Below are positions 36,968-45,709 of a stretch of 64,000 bases of DNA, piece after piece (within the stretch, counting starts at the first letter, position 1; each line of letters opens with the position of its first letter). The notes beneath the pieces are model-generated. The model ran no database searches. It was given only the letters and a program-made list of their open reading frames with translations, and was not told where the DNA came from. The position numbers and the translations under genes were made by a program. The DNA lies in assembly GCA_965367815.1 (NCBI GenBank), contig CBDUKN010000005.1, positions 85,333 to 149,332 of the forward strand, given 5' to 3'. This stretch comes from an uncultured Thermoprotei archaeon. GTDB lineage: Archaea > Thermoproteota > Thermoprotei > Thermofilales > B15-G2.

Positions 36968-38662
36968 TTAGTTATTGAAGTCGAGTAGAGATTTCTGCTT
37001 GTTTGTCTCTACTAGTGTAGTTTGTTCGGGCGGCGATGGTATGACTATTTCTGTCATATACTCTGTGCTCCAGGCTTCTCTGTAATCTATGTCTTTTCCT
37101 CCAAGTTCTTCGTGGAACACTTCTTTGAACGAGAATATCTTGACTAGCGCTGGCAGAGGCAGCATGGGTCCTGAAACAAGTGCTTCGCCTGTTTGTAGTC
37201 CTGGTAGGCTTTCAACAGTATCCCGTGTAACGTCTTCCATACTTCTGAGAATGTGTTCTTGGTCACTTGGGTTAACCGTTCTGAGCGCGATGAGGTTTCC
37301 GCACTGAGCTAGCAGTGTCTGCGAGAGTTCACGTGGTCTCTGCGAGACTACTAGGAGCGATACTCCGAATTTTCTTCCCTCTTTAGCTATTTTCTCTACT
37401 ATTTGTTTAGAGGGAGACCATCCTACTGGAGCATATATATGTGCTTCTTCTAGCACTACTAGTGTTGCTACTCTTTCTCCTCGGAATCTTTGTTCAACAG
37501 CTATTCGCCAGAGTGCTCTAAGTAAGGCTGAGACAATGCTTGCTTGAACTTCAGATGAGAGGCCGCCTAACGCTATAATATTGAGTCCCGGGTCTAGTAA
37601 TGAGCGAGCGAAGTCTCCGTAGACCTGGAAACTTGCCTTAACTTCATCTGTTTTCTTCGCGTAGTCGCTAAACTTGTCTTCAAGGTACTCGGCCCTTGTC
37701 ATGAAGTACAGCTCTCTTTCTTCACTTAAGTCCTCTATTTTAAGGCAGAGGTCTTCGGCAGACCTATCCCGAGTCCTGCCCGAGCCTCCGGCGTTAATTA
37801 CAGCTATTTTAAGTTCTTCTAAAGTGAAGTGTATTGGATCATCTGCTGTAAGATCGTAGCCTTTTTCTCTATAACGCTCGACTCTCAGTGTTTTTAGGGC
37901 TTGACGAAGATAGAGTCTCTGCTTAGTAGCTCTAGGATCAAGGCCTAAAATATTGTATATTTCCTCTACTCCGAGAATCCAGAGAGGCACTTCTAGCGGA
38001 ATAGGGTCTACTTGATACTGTGCTTTAATTAAGTCAGTTACTTTGCCTTTAGGCGCAAGTACTCTGACGTTGTTGCTTATTCTAGCTAACGGTATGTACT
38101 CGCTGTGAGTATCTACAATAATTATTCGGGGGTTCTTGAAGTGCTTAAGGAGTGATGCAATTAGCACAGCTACGGTATTGGATTTGCCGGCGCCTGTCAT
38201 AGCTAGTACAGCTGTGTGTCTAGTGCACATCCCATTAACATCGATCTTGATTTCGACGTTAGGACTTGATGAGAGAACTCCTATACTCACGTCTCCTTTA
38301 TCAAAAATAGACTGAAGTTCTTCTTTAGAAACTAAATATACTTTTTCGCCAGGCTTAGGTAAAATAGGCACACCTTTAGAGACAGTTTGTCCAGAAAGAT
38401 AGCCCGTTATATGAACTGTCATCTCGTTCCTAGCAGGCCTAAATTCCTCATAGCCTTCAAGCTCCTCTATTATTCTAGCTCTTCGATAAAGCTCGTCGAG
38501 CATATTGAAGCCTACTATCATACCGTAAAGTGTTGTTGAGCCGTCTGCTCCAGCCATTTTAACGTAAACACCGGGCCTAGCTACTTCGGGAAGGAGATGA
38601 TCGGGTACAGATATCTTGACTATATTTCGCCCATATACTCCGATAACTCTACCTATCTCCAT
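36968..38662 (-). CDS. HerA-family ATPase (HAS barrel + DUF87)
   Basis: RHTAVLAMTGAGKSNT, DTHSEY, VLEEAH, IAKEGRKFG...SQRP. Confidence 0.9.
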   Translation of the reverse strand: MEIGRVIGVYGRNIVKISVPDHLLPEVARPGVYVKMAGADGSTTLYGMIVGFNMLDELYRRARIIEELEGYEEFRPARNEMTVHITGYLSGQTVSKGVPILPKPGEKVYLVSKEELQSIFDKGDVSIGVLSSSPNVEIKIDVNGMCTRHTAVLAMTGAGKSNTVAVLIASLLKHFKNPRIIIVDTHSEYIPLARISNNVRVLAPKGKVTDLIKAQYQVDPIPLEVPLWILGVEEIYNILGLDPRATKQRLYLRQALKTLRVERYREKGYDLTADDPIHFTLEELKIAVINAGGSGRTRDRSAEDLCLKIEDLSEERELYFMTRAEYLEDKFSDYAKKTDEVKASFQVYGDFARSLLDPGLNIIALGGLSSEVQASIVSALLRALWRIAVEQRFRGERVATLVVLEEAHIYAPVGWSPSKQIVEKIAKEGRKFGVSLLVVSQRPRELSQTLLAQCGNLIALRTVNPSDQEHILRSMEDVTRDTVESLPGLQTGEALVSGPMLPLPALVKIFSFKEVFHEELGGKDIDYREAWSTEYMTEIVIPSPPEQTTLVETNKQKSLLDFNN

Positions 38663-38666
38663 GAAT

Positions 38667-39938
38667 TCACCCGAGGACTCTTTTTCTACCAGACCTAGCG
38701 AAAACTACTCTGAAAAAGTCTTCTCTCGGCAAATTAAACCATAGCTGGTCACCTATAAGAGCAGGTAGTCTTGGGTCAAGTACAGTACAGTGGTGGGCTT
38801 GTGCAAGAGGCTTCGGGTAACCCGTTTTTCTGCAAGCTAAAGCAGCCAGCACACCTAGTGCTTCTTCTAAATTCTCTGAGAACACGACAGGATACGATAC
38901 TTGAAACACTATGCCGTTTTTCCTAAGTTTAGCATATGCTACTTCTGCGTAGCTCCAAGAGTCTCGGTAAATATTCTGTAAGATAGTATTAGGATACATG
39001 TGATCAACAGCATCTTCGTCTACCCTAGGTATTCTTTCTCCAATTTCCTTTAATTTGATATATGCTCGCTTAAAGTCTCTCCATAAGTACTCTAAAACAG
39101 CAGTATCGTTAAATGATGAAAGAGCTCTTCTGCCGTGTATAAGAAAACCGCTTTCAGTATCCTTAGATATCCAGAATACCTTAACTTTCTTTTCTGCAGC
39201 TCTATTCAAGAGTATTCTCAGCATATTTTGCGCTAAAGTCTCCTCAAAAGCCATGTAAACATACCCTAGCCATAGCCTCTTAGCTTCTTTCTTAAGTGAA
39301 GAAGCCGTTTTCTCGTAGGCATTCCTAGCGTACTTCCACGAAAGAGCTAAAAGTTTTCTAAAAATCTTTACAGCTTTTTCATCGCTACTAAGCGCAATAT
39401 CCTCTGTCTCTAAGCAGAAGTTATCTAAATCTTTTTCAATAGCTAAGTAAAGTGCTTTGACGCTGTTTCTTCCGCCAAGAACTCTCTCAAGAAACCTATA
39501 GTCACCTCTAGTGTAAGAGCATCCCATTAGCATCGATATATAAGAGCCGTCTAAAAAAATGTAGTCGCATGAATCAATATGTTTTAAAGCAACTAGTTCT
39601 TCATAACATCTACATAAAGTAGATGCTCTGCTCTCACCTCTTGTTTTAGGTAGAATAGGGACTACTACAGGCTGGTCTGATGCAACACTACTTTTTTCCA
39701 AGAAATTATTCCTAACTATAACTGGAAAAGTAGAAAATGCGGTAATATAACACCCGAATCTTTCGTCGACAACGTAGCTTCCATCAATACAGCAGCAAGA
39801 AAAATTACTTACTACGGGAAAATCAACAACAGTTTTCTCTTCAACAAGCTTTTTTAGTTCATTGAGCTCTTCTTCAATAATCTCGATGCTTACAGCATGA
39901 AGGTCTTTGAGCTGTCTGTAAATATAGTTAGTGTCCAC
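38667..39938 (-). CDS. NurA-like nuclease, divergent
   Basis: CIDGS, FLDGS, ISKD, GYPKPLAQAH. Confidence 0.75.
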   Translation of the reverse strand: MDTNYIYRQLKDLHAVSIEIIEEELNELKKLVEEKTVVDFPVVSNFSCCCIDGSYVVDERFGCYITAFSTFPVIVRNNFLEKSSVASDQPVVVPILPKTRGESRASTLCRCYEELVALKHIDSCDYIFLDGSYISMLMGCSYTRGDYRFLERVLGGRNSVKALYLAIEKDLDNFCLETEDIALSSDEKAVKIFRKLLALSWKYARNAYEKTASSLKKEAKRLWLGYVYMAFEETLAQNMLRILLNRAAEKKVKVFWISKDTESGFLIHGRRALSSFNDTAVLEYLWRDFKRAYIKLKEIGERIPRVDEDAVDHMYPNTILQNIYRDSWSYAEVAYAKLRKNGIVFQVSYPVVFSENLEEALGVLAALACRKTGYPKPLAQAHHCTVLDPRLPALIGDQLWFNLPREDFFRVVFARSGRKRVLG

Positions 39939-40155
39939 ACATTGAATACTGTTGTGTAGTATATATTCCTCATTAGAGTACTCTGAAACTTATAGAGAAA
40001 GATTTATATAAAAACGAATACAGAGAAAAGTAAAAAATTCTCGTTTTGAGTTTATCGGCCTTTATTTTATCTTAAAATATACAAAGAGAAATATTTTTTC
40101 GTTAAATTAATCGAAAACTATAAATAGCAGTATCTACACCCAGACTAGACCAAAT

Positions 40156-40305
40156 ATGGGTAAATGCAAATATCTAGAAATAGTAAAAACAAACTGGGGC
40201 AACATATACCACATTTGCCATAGACCACCATACGGCGAAGAAGGCCGATTCTTGCCAAACGGCGAAGAAGACTGCAAACGCTGCAAATACCGAGAAGAAG
40301 AATAA
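40156..40305 (+). CDS. 49-aa Cys4 microprotein (not in the ORF track)
   Basis: MGKCKYLEIVKTNWGNIYHICHRPPYGEEGRFLPNGEEDCKRCKYREEE; TATAAATA ~30 nt upstream; T-rich tract downstream. Confidence 0.6.
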   Translation: MGKCKYLEIVKTNWGNIYHICHRPPYGEEGRFLPNGEEDCKRCKYREEE

Positions 40306-40360
40306 ACATTTAGCCAAAACGATTTTTTACCATTTCTTTATTTTTACAGCATTTTCAACA

Positions 40361-40415
40361 AGATCAGCCTAGGTGTTGGTCATCACTAATCAGATACGGC
40401 CGCATTCATCATTGA
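40361..40415 (-). ncRNA. Box C/D sRNA with two guides against 16S rRNA
   Basis: Consensus boxes C ATGATGA (40406-12), D' CTGA (40390-93), C' GTGATGA (40380-86), D CTGA (40364-67); guides complementary to 16S GUACGGCCGCA and CUAGGUGUUGG. Confidence 0.92.
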
Positions 40416-40573
40416 GCATTATTGTTGAATACGGTAAATATATAGGTATTTTAATTCAGCTCAACGAGATATCCTTATCTATTGACAACTCGGTGTTTAT
40501 CGTTTTCTTTTATTTCACCAGTATAGGAATCTGTAGGGTACTTCCATTAAGCTTTCCTCTACGATAACTATTA

Positions 40574-40739
40574 TTATGTTTTCCGCTCTATTAATCCATG
40601 CTCCAAGCACTCTACCTTATCCTCAAACTCTTCTAGTAGCCTATACTCAAGCTACTCTTCGCTTTCTAGAGGTGGTTCCTCATCAAAGAAATCAAACCAG
40701 CCCTCAAACACATAAATACTCAGATAGTACTCACCACAC
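40574..40739 (-). pseudogene. Acidic gene remnant with an in-frame stop
   Basis: CGEYYLSIYVFEGWFDFFDEEPPLESEE*LEYRLLEEFEDKVECLEHGLIERKT; TAG at 40652-54; no clear start. Confidence 0.35.
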
Positions 40740-40825
40740 TTAAAGGATATTTATTATGAAAACATGAAATACTTTCGGTATAGTAAATTTTTCCTACACT
40801 ACTTAAATACTCTTAAACAACACTA

Positions 40826-40880
40826 TATTTAGATGATCCGAGGTCTCATCATCTCTCGGTAGCTCGGCATTCATCACTAT
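40826..40880 (-). ncRNA. Box C/D sRNA candidate overlapping a CDS stop
   Basis: C GTGATGA (40871-77), D' CCGA (40856-59), C' ATGATGA (40846-52), D CTAA (40829-32). Confidence 0.72.
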
Positions 40881-41112
40881 AATTTCTTATAACTGTTTTC
40901 CAGAAATATGTTTTTGTGAGCTTATACCATATGGTTAACCAGAAGCCGAGTAAAATAAAAGCTATAGTGTAACCTATTATTTGCCCAAATAAGCCTTTAG
41001 GGAGAATAATTAGCATCTTGTCTATAGCGTAAAGTATTATTATAAGTAGAAACCAGACTAGCAGCATTATTTCAATTAACGGAACTACAGCACTGATTAC
41101 TTTTCTCAGCAT
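40849..41112 (-). CDS. Small two-TM membrane protein
   Basis: Two hydrophobic helices, 87 aa. Confidence 0.7.
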   Translation of the reverse strand: MLRKVISAVVPLIEIMLLVWFLLIIILYAIDKMLIILPKGLFGQIIGYTIAFILLGFWLTIWYKLTKTYFWKTVIRNYSDECRATER

Positions 41113-41150
41113 TCACGTAGTAGATTACTTCTGTTATTTAAGTCTAGTTG

Positions 41151-42263
41151 CTAGTCTATTCTAGTATATCGACCGTACTTGCGAATTATTTTCAGAAAGT
41201 ACTTGTAGTTGTCTAGTGAAACCGTAGGAGGTACTGAGTGATCAGAGCAGGCAATGTATCCTCCTCCCTCCATTGCTTTAGGTATTTTGGAGAATACTTC
41301 TCGCTTAATATTTTCTTTTGTTTTGGATAGTTCGCGTACATCTATGTTGCCTATGAATGCTATTTTGTCGCCGTATTTTTCTTTAAGTTCTACTACATTC
41401 ATTCCTGCTTTAGCTTCAAGAGGCTGTAGTGCAGTAAAGCCTGCTTTAATGAAGTAGGGAACTAAGATGTTTACATTGCCGTCTGTGTGGAGAACTGCTG
41501 GCAGATTTTTTGTTCTATATAGCTGAGTTATTTTAGCGTGTGCTTTCATAACGTATTTCTCGTACATTTTAGGAGAAAAGAATGGGCCACTTCTATATGC
41601 TACATCGTCCCATATCCAGACACCATCTACACCATAGTCTATGAATGCTTTAGCCACAGCTCCCAGGAATTTTCCAAGGACATTAAATACGTATTCTACT
41701 AATTTAGGGTCCTTATGCATCAGTACCAGAATTCTATCTACTCTTTCGCCTAAAATATGGCGGGCGTACTCAAATGGTCCAAGTATACTACAGAACACAA
41801 AGTATTTTTCCTGAAGTTTCTTCACAGCTCTCTCTACATCTGATTTAAAGGGATACTTGCTACTAGAGATTCTAGCAGGATACTCTGGGTCGAGTAAAGG
41901 CTCTATTCTCTCCTTAAATTCTTCTAGCGTAGACACAGCTGGCTCAAGTGCATAAGGGACGCCGCTCTTATGTTTCCATGTCTTTACTTTTACTCCAAAC
42001 GCGTCGCGGAAAACTCTATGCTTATTATTTTCTTCGATCGTAATAGTATCAAATTTCGGTGTTACATCAGCTCCAATGAAGGCGATATCCATTCCGAAAT
42101 ACTCTTTTAAGTCAGCGTGTTCAGGCAATCCTTCCTTTTTCCAACGGTCAATTGTTTCAGCCCAGAAGAAGTCAACATACCCTACTCTATCGGCTTCCTC
42201 CAGGTTTAATAAACAGTATATTCTTTCTCTAGAGTCCACGTTTACTTTATGTTGAATGAACAT
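41151..42263 (-). CDS. Uroporphyrinogen decarboxylase family (UroD/MtaA-like) protein
   Basis: DDVAY..GPFFSP, LHTDG, GNID, GGGYI..SDHSVP. Confidence 0.85.
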   Translation of the reverse strand: MFIQHKVNVDSRERIYCLLNLEEADRVGYVDFFWAETIDRWKKEGLPEHADLKEYFGMDIAFIGADVTPKFDTITIEENNKHRVFRDAFGVKVKTWKHKSGVPYALEPAVSTLEEFKERIEPLLDPEYPARISSSKYPFKSDVERAVKKLQEKYFVFCSILGPFEYARHILGERVDRILVLMHKDPKLVEYVFNVLGKFLGAVAKAFIDYGVDGVWIWDDVAYRSGPFFSPKMYEKYVMKAHAKITQLYRTKNLPAVLHTDGNVNILVPYFIKAGFTALQPLEAKAGMNVVELKEKYGDKIAFIGNIDVRELSKTKENIKREVFSKIPKAMEGGGYIACSDHSVPPTVSLDNYKYFLKIIRKYGRYTRID

Positions 42264-42279
42264 AAATCACTAATTGTGC

Positions 42280-42337
42280 GGCTCCTCGCCGGAAGTAGTC
42301 ATCACTAGTCAGACCACCGAGCGGTACGTCACAGCCT
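42280..42337 (-). ncRNA. Box C/D sRNA candidate with degenerate outer boxes
   Basis: Consensus internal D'/C' CTGA-CTA-GTGATGA (42299-42312); C-like GTGACGT and D-like AGGA; GGCT/AGCC ends; TTTAAA ~25 nt upstream. Confidence 0.55.
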
Positions 42338-42360
42338 AGTACTTTTTCTCAGCGCTTAAT

Positions 42361-43890
42361 TTAAACTTTAACTGAAGTCTGGCTTGAAGGGTGTTTGAGT
42401 ATAATATTTTCGGGGTCTAATATTATCTGAATAGGTTTGTCTAGTAATCTCACTACTATTTTTCGGTAGTCTTTGCTCCCTATCCATTCTCTTCTCTCTA
42501 CTTTGCCTCCTTGTTCGGTTAAAACTACTACTTTAAGAGGTGCTCTGCCCAGTCCCTCGTTAACTATTTTAAAGCCTACATACCAGCTGGACCCTGCTTT
42601 AGCTAAGTCTACTACTTTTATCTTATAGAGAGGTAGCGAAGCAGAGTTTATCCAGTCTTCAATGAACCATTTTAGTCTTGGGTAAAGTTTAAGCGTAGTT
42701 TTAGTGAAGTCTTTTAACTTAATTGTTTTCCACGAATATTCTTCGAGAAGTTTCCTAAGTAAATTGAAGTAGTCTTCTCCTAATATGCGGTGTAGCATGT
42801 AGTGGAGTAGGATTCCTTTTCCTTCCTTAAGCGGCGTCCAGTAAGCGCCGCTGTTTTCTTTAGTAGCTTCGGCTACTGGCGGCTCTCTGCCAAGCTCCTT
42901 TAACTCAGAGTACTTTTCTTTAGCTTTTTTCAGGATTTTTTCCGCTTCCTCGGGGTTTCTTTCTTTAATCACTATATATGATAGATACCTTGGAAGGCTC
43001 TCAGTCAACCAGAAGGATCCGGGTGATAGTTTGTTTACGTAGATGTATGCTCCCCAGTAGCACTTAGCTAGCTGTTCTGCTAAATGCTGTTGTAGGTCTA
43101 CTTCGCTTAATGTTTTTTCCACTACTTTGTATACTACAGAGTAGTCTAGGGATACTAAGTAGTGGGAAACAAAGTTTGTGCCTTCAACTATGTACAATGG
43201 TGCGTAAGGGAGGGGATCCAATATTTTCTCGAGTGTTGCAATAATGTCTTTAGCTTTTTCAGCTAAGTCTTCGAGTAGTTTTTCGTGCTCTTTGAAGAGA
43301 GAATAGTGTATCGTATCTTTTTTTAGTACAGAGTAATTAGAGGCGAACAGCGCTAGTGGACCTGCTTTATCTAATTTAAAGGAGTATTTTTTCTTTTCAT
43401 TGTCTTCTTTTACTTCAAGTAATTTTCCTGGACAGAAGACAGTATAGTCTCTAATTGTTTCTACATGTACTTCAGCTGTAGCTGACGGTTTTTGGTAATC
43501 TAGCAGAGGTGTTTTAGCGTTAACAGGATACCACAGTGTCTCAGGTGTTAAGAAGAATCCCTTTTCTTTAAGTAAGTTGACTGTAGGTCTTTTTCCTCCG
43601 TAGTTCAGCTCTATGACTATCTTTTCGCCGGGGGAGAGCTCTTCACCTATATCGATTATTTTGTAGTCTTCAGGAAAATAGTCTACGAGTTTTCCCGTTT
43701 TTTCAGAAAAGTCTTTTTCTTTTCCTTCTACTTTGACTTCGAGTACTTTAAAGTTCTTGTTTAAGCCTAAGAGAACAGGTACATGCCACTTCGAAACACT
43801 TTCAATGATCAGTTTAGAGTATGCATGTAGTTCTTTTTCTTCAGGAGAGAGATATATTTCTAGGAAATAGTTTTTTACAATCCAGTTCAC
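42361..43890 (-). CDS. M1 aminopeptidase-fold protein with degenerate active site
   Basis: M1 architecture (WYP, WLTESL..Y, KG.L...ML...LGE..F, LDPE), but HExxH reads EQLAK. Confidence 0.75.
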   Translation of the reverse strand: MNWIVKNYFLEIYLSPEEKELHAYSKLIIESVSKWHVPVLLGLNKNFKVLEVKVEGKEKDFSEKTGKLVDYFPEDYKIIDIGEELSPGEKIVIELNYGGKRPTVNLLKEKGFFLTPETLWYPVNAKTPLLDYQKPSATAEVHVETIRDYTVFCPGKLLEVKEDNEKKKYSFKLDKAGPLALFASNYSVLKKDTIHYSLFKEHEKLLEDLAEKAKDIIATLEKILDPLPYAPLYIVEGTNFVSHYLVSLDYSVVYKVVEKTLSEVDLQQHLAEQLAKCYWGAYIYVNKLSPGSFWLTESLPRYLSYIVIKERNPEEAEKILKKAKEKYSELKELGREPPVAEATKENSGAYWTPLKEGKGILLHYMLHRILGEDYFNLLRKLLEEYSWKTIKLKDFTKTTLKLYPRLKWFIEDWINSASLPLYKIKVVDLAKAGSSWYVGFKIVNEGLGRAPLKVVVLTEQGGKVERREWIGSKDYRKIVVRLLDKPIQIILDPENIILKHPSSQTSVKV

Positions 43891-43932
43891 AGTTTACTTT
43901 CTTTCCCCGCAAATAATATTTTTCACTATTCG

Positions 43933-45621
43933 ATGAGAATTAAGATGAAGGTCGTGAATTTTAGACGAGAGCATATTACATTAGTTCTCGCGCTAATTCC
44001 GCTTATTGCTTTAACTTCATGTATTTTTACTCAGCCTAAAGTAAAGCTGTATAGAGGTAAAGTATTTTTCGACGGCGATAAGGCCTACAGCCTTCTTAAA
44101 GTTATAGTCAGCAAGTATAAGAACAGAGTAATTGGAACTGAGGCCGATAAAGCTATAGCGTATTGGATAGCCGACTACTTCAAGAGTCTAGGTCTAGAGG
44201 CATATATACAGACGTTTGTTGCTCCCGATTTTAGGAAAAGGAACGTAAAGGCTTACAATGTTTTCGCTATTAAGAGAGGGTCTTTAGACAAGTACATTGT
44301 TTTGATAGCTCACCACGATATTGTGCCGTGGACTATTGAAGGAGCAAATGATAATGGTGGAGGAGTAGCTATTTTAATGGAACTTGCTCGCGTACTAGCG
44401 AATAGGTCACTTAAGCTAAGTGTAATTTTCTTATCGACTGATGCTGAAGAAACGGGTCTTCATGGATCCAAGTTTTTTGTAGAGAACTTTCCTGATGTAG
44501 AAAAAGTAGTAGCAGCTATAAGCATAGATATGTGTACATGGAAGAATGCTGAAGCGGTAGCTCTTTATGCTTTTGTACAATGTGGCAACCCCTTTGTGAC
44601 AGGCGATGGAGGACTCCTCTATTTAATTAAGTTGCATGAAGCTTTCGGCTATAAAATAAAGGTAGCAGAACCTGTTGTAGCCGTGAGGTTAGGTGTTTTA
44701 GGCTTCTTTGGAACAGATTCTGAACCCTTTGTTTCCAAAGGAATACAGGGAGTTGGTTTAGGAGACTATCCGACTTATCCTTATTGGCATAGACCTGAAG
44801 ACTCAATAGATAAGGTTTCCCCAGAGAGACTTAAAGAAGTAGGTTCACTTTTAGAGCGAATCGTGCTTACAATAGACCTTAATGGAGGAGTTCCTAGCAT
44901 AGGTGTGCACTATTATTTTGTAGACTCCATTGTCGTAGGAGAAGCAAGTCTGCTGACAGCGTATCTAGCGCTTTACTTTTTAGCACTATATCAGGCAGGA
45001 ACAATAGCTTTTTACTGTAGAAGAAGAGCATTTAGAGGCTTTTACTGCTTCTTTTTTATCTTTTTCTCATCGCTTCTCATATTCACTTTACTGTTTGCTT
45101 GGTTCTGGTGGATTAAAGACTTCTACTCAGGATTGGCTGTAGCCAGCGCAGTATACTTGATTTTAATGCTGAAGACTGTCTTACCTAGGTGCCATGTTGA
45201 ATGGAAAGAGCTTAAATTCGCTGCTATAGTTTCGGGTCTTGTATTTTACTCAGTTGCGGCGATAAATTACTCGGCTGGACTCTTGTTGCTAGCTCCTTTA
45301 ATGTACTTAATATCACTAGCAAAACCAATTAAAAGAAAAATAGTTAAGTATTCTCTGCGCTTCTCCGCACCCTTAATAGTGTTTTTCCCAGAGCTGTTCT
45401 TCTTCTATAAAATAGGAGAGCTGTTAGGTTTCAGAGAATCGTCGAGAATTTTAGCGCTAACTCTCAACTATATGGTTTTCAAGAGCACTGCCCTAATAGC
45501 GCTACTAGTAGTTTTCTCTTCTCTCCTAATATCGGTAATTGTTTCTGTAGAGCACATTATTGGTACAGTACTATTGAATGAGAATTCTTATCGGAACAAG
45601 AAGTTAAATGCTAATTTTTAA
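43933..45621 (+). CDS. M28 peptidase with C-terminal multi-TM region
   Basis: AHHD, GANDNGGG, DAEETG, TDS, WHRPED. Confidence 0.87.
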   Translation: MRIKMKVVNFRREHITLVLALIPLIALTSCIFTQPKVKLYRGKVFFDGDKAYSLLKVIVSKYKNRVIGTEADKAIAYWIADYFKSLGLEAYIQTFVAPDFRKRNVKAYNVFAIKRGSLDKYIVLIAHHDIVPWTIEGANDNGGGVAILMELARVLANRSLKLSVIFLSTDAEETGLHGSKFFVENFPDVEKVVAAISIDMCTWKNAEAVALYAFVQCGNPFVTGDGGLLYLIKLHEAFGYKIKVAEPVVAVRLGVLGFFGTDSEPFVSKGIQGVGLGDYPTYPYWHRPEDSIDKVSPERLKEVGSLLERIVLTIDLNGGVPSIGVHYYFVDSIVVGEASLLTAYLALYFLALYQAGTIAFYCRRRAFRGFYCFFFIFFSSLLIFTLLFAWFWWIKDFYSGLAVASAVYLILMLKTVLPRCHVEWKELKFAAIVSGLVFYSVAAINYSAGLLLLAPLMYLISLAKPIKRKIVKYSLRFSAPLIVFFPELFFFYKIGELLGFRESSRILALTLNYMVFKSTALIALLVVFSSLLISVIVSVEHIIGTVLLNENSYRNKKLNANF

Positions 45622-45709
45622 ATATGACCACGTAGCTGGAAAGATTTAGTTGTTTTTCAAAAAAAGGAAGGGATAAGTATATTTAGGATTTCTGACTAAT
45701 TTTCCTCAA

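Noticed and set aside
40373-40567. ORF 40373..40567 (+)
   Set aside because: Antisense to a consensus C/D sRNA and its promoter, with no protein features
40652-40654. In-frame TAG as pyrrolysine or readthrough
   Set aside because: No start codon and no pyl genes in the window; TAG is a common stop codon in neighbouring genes
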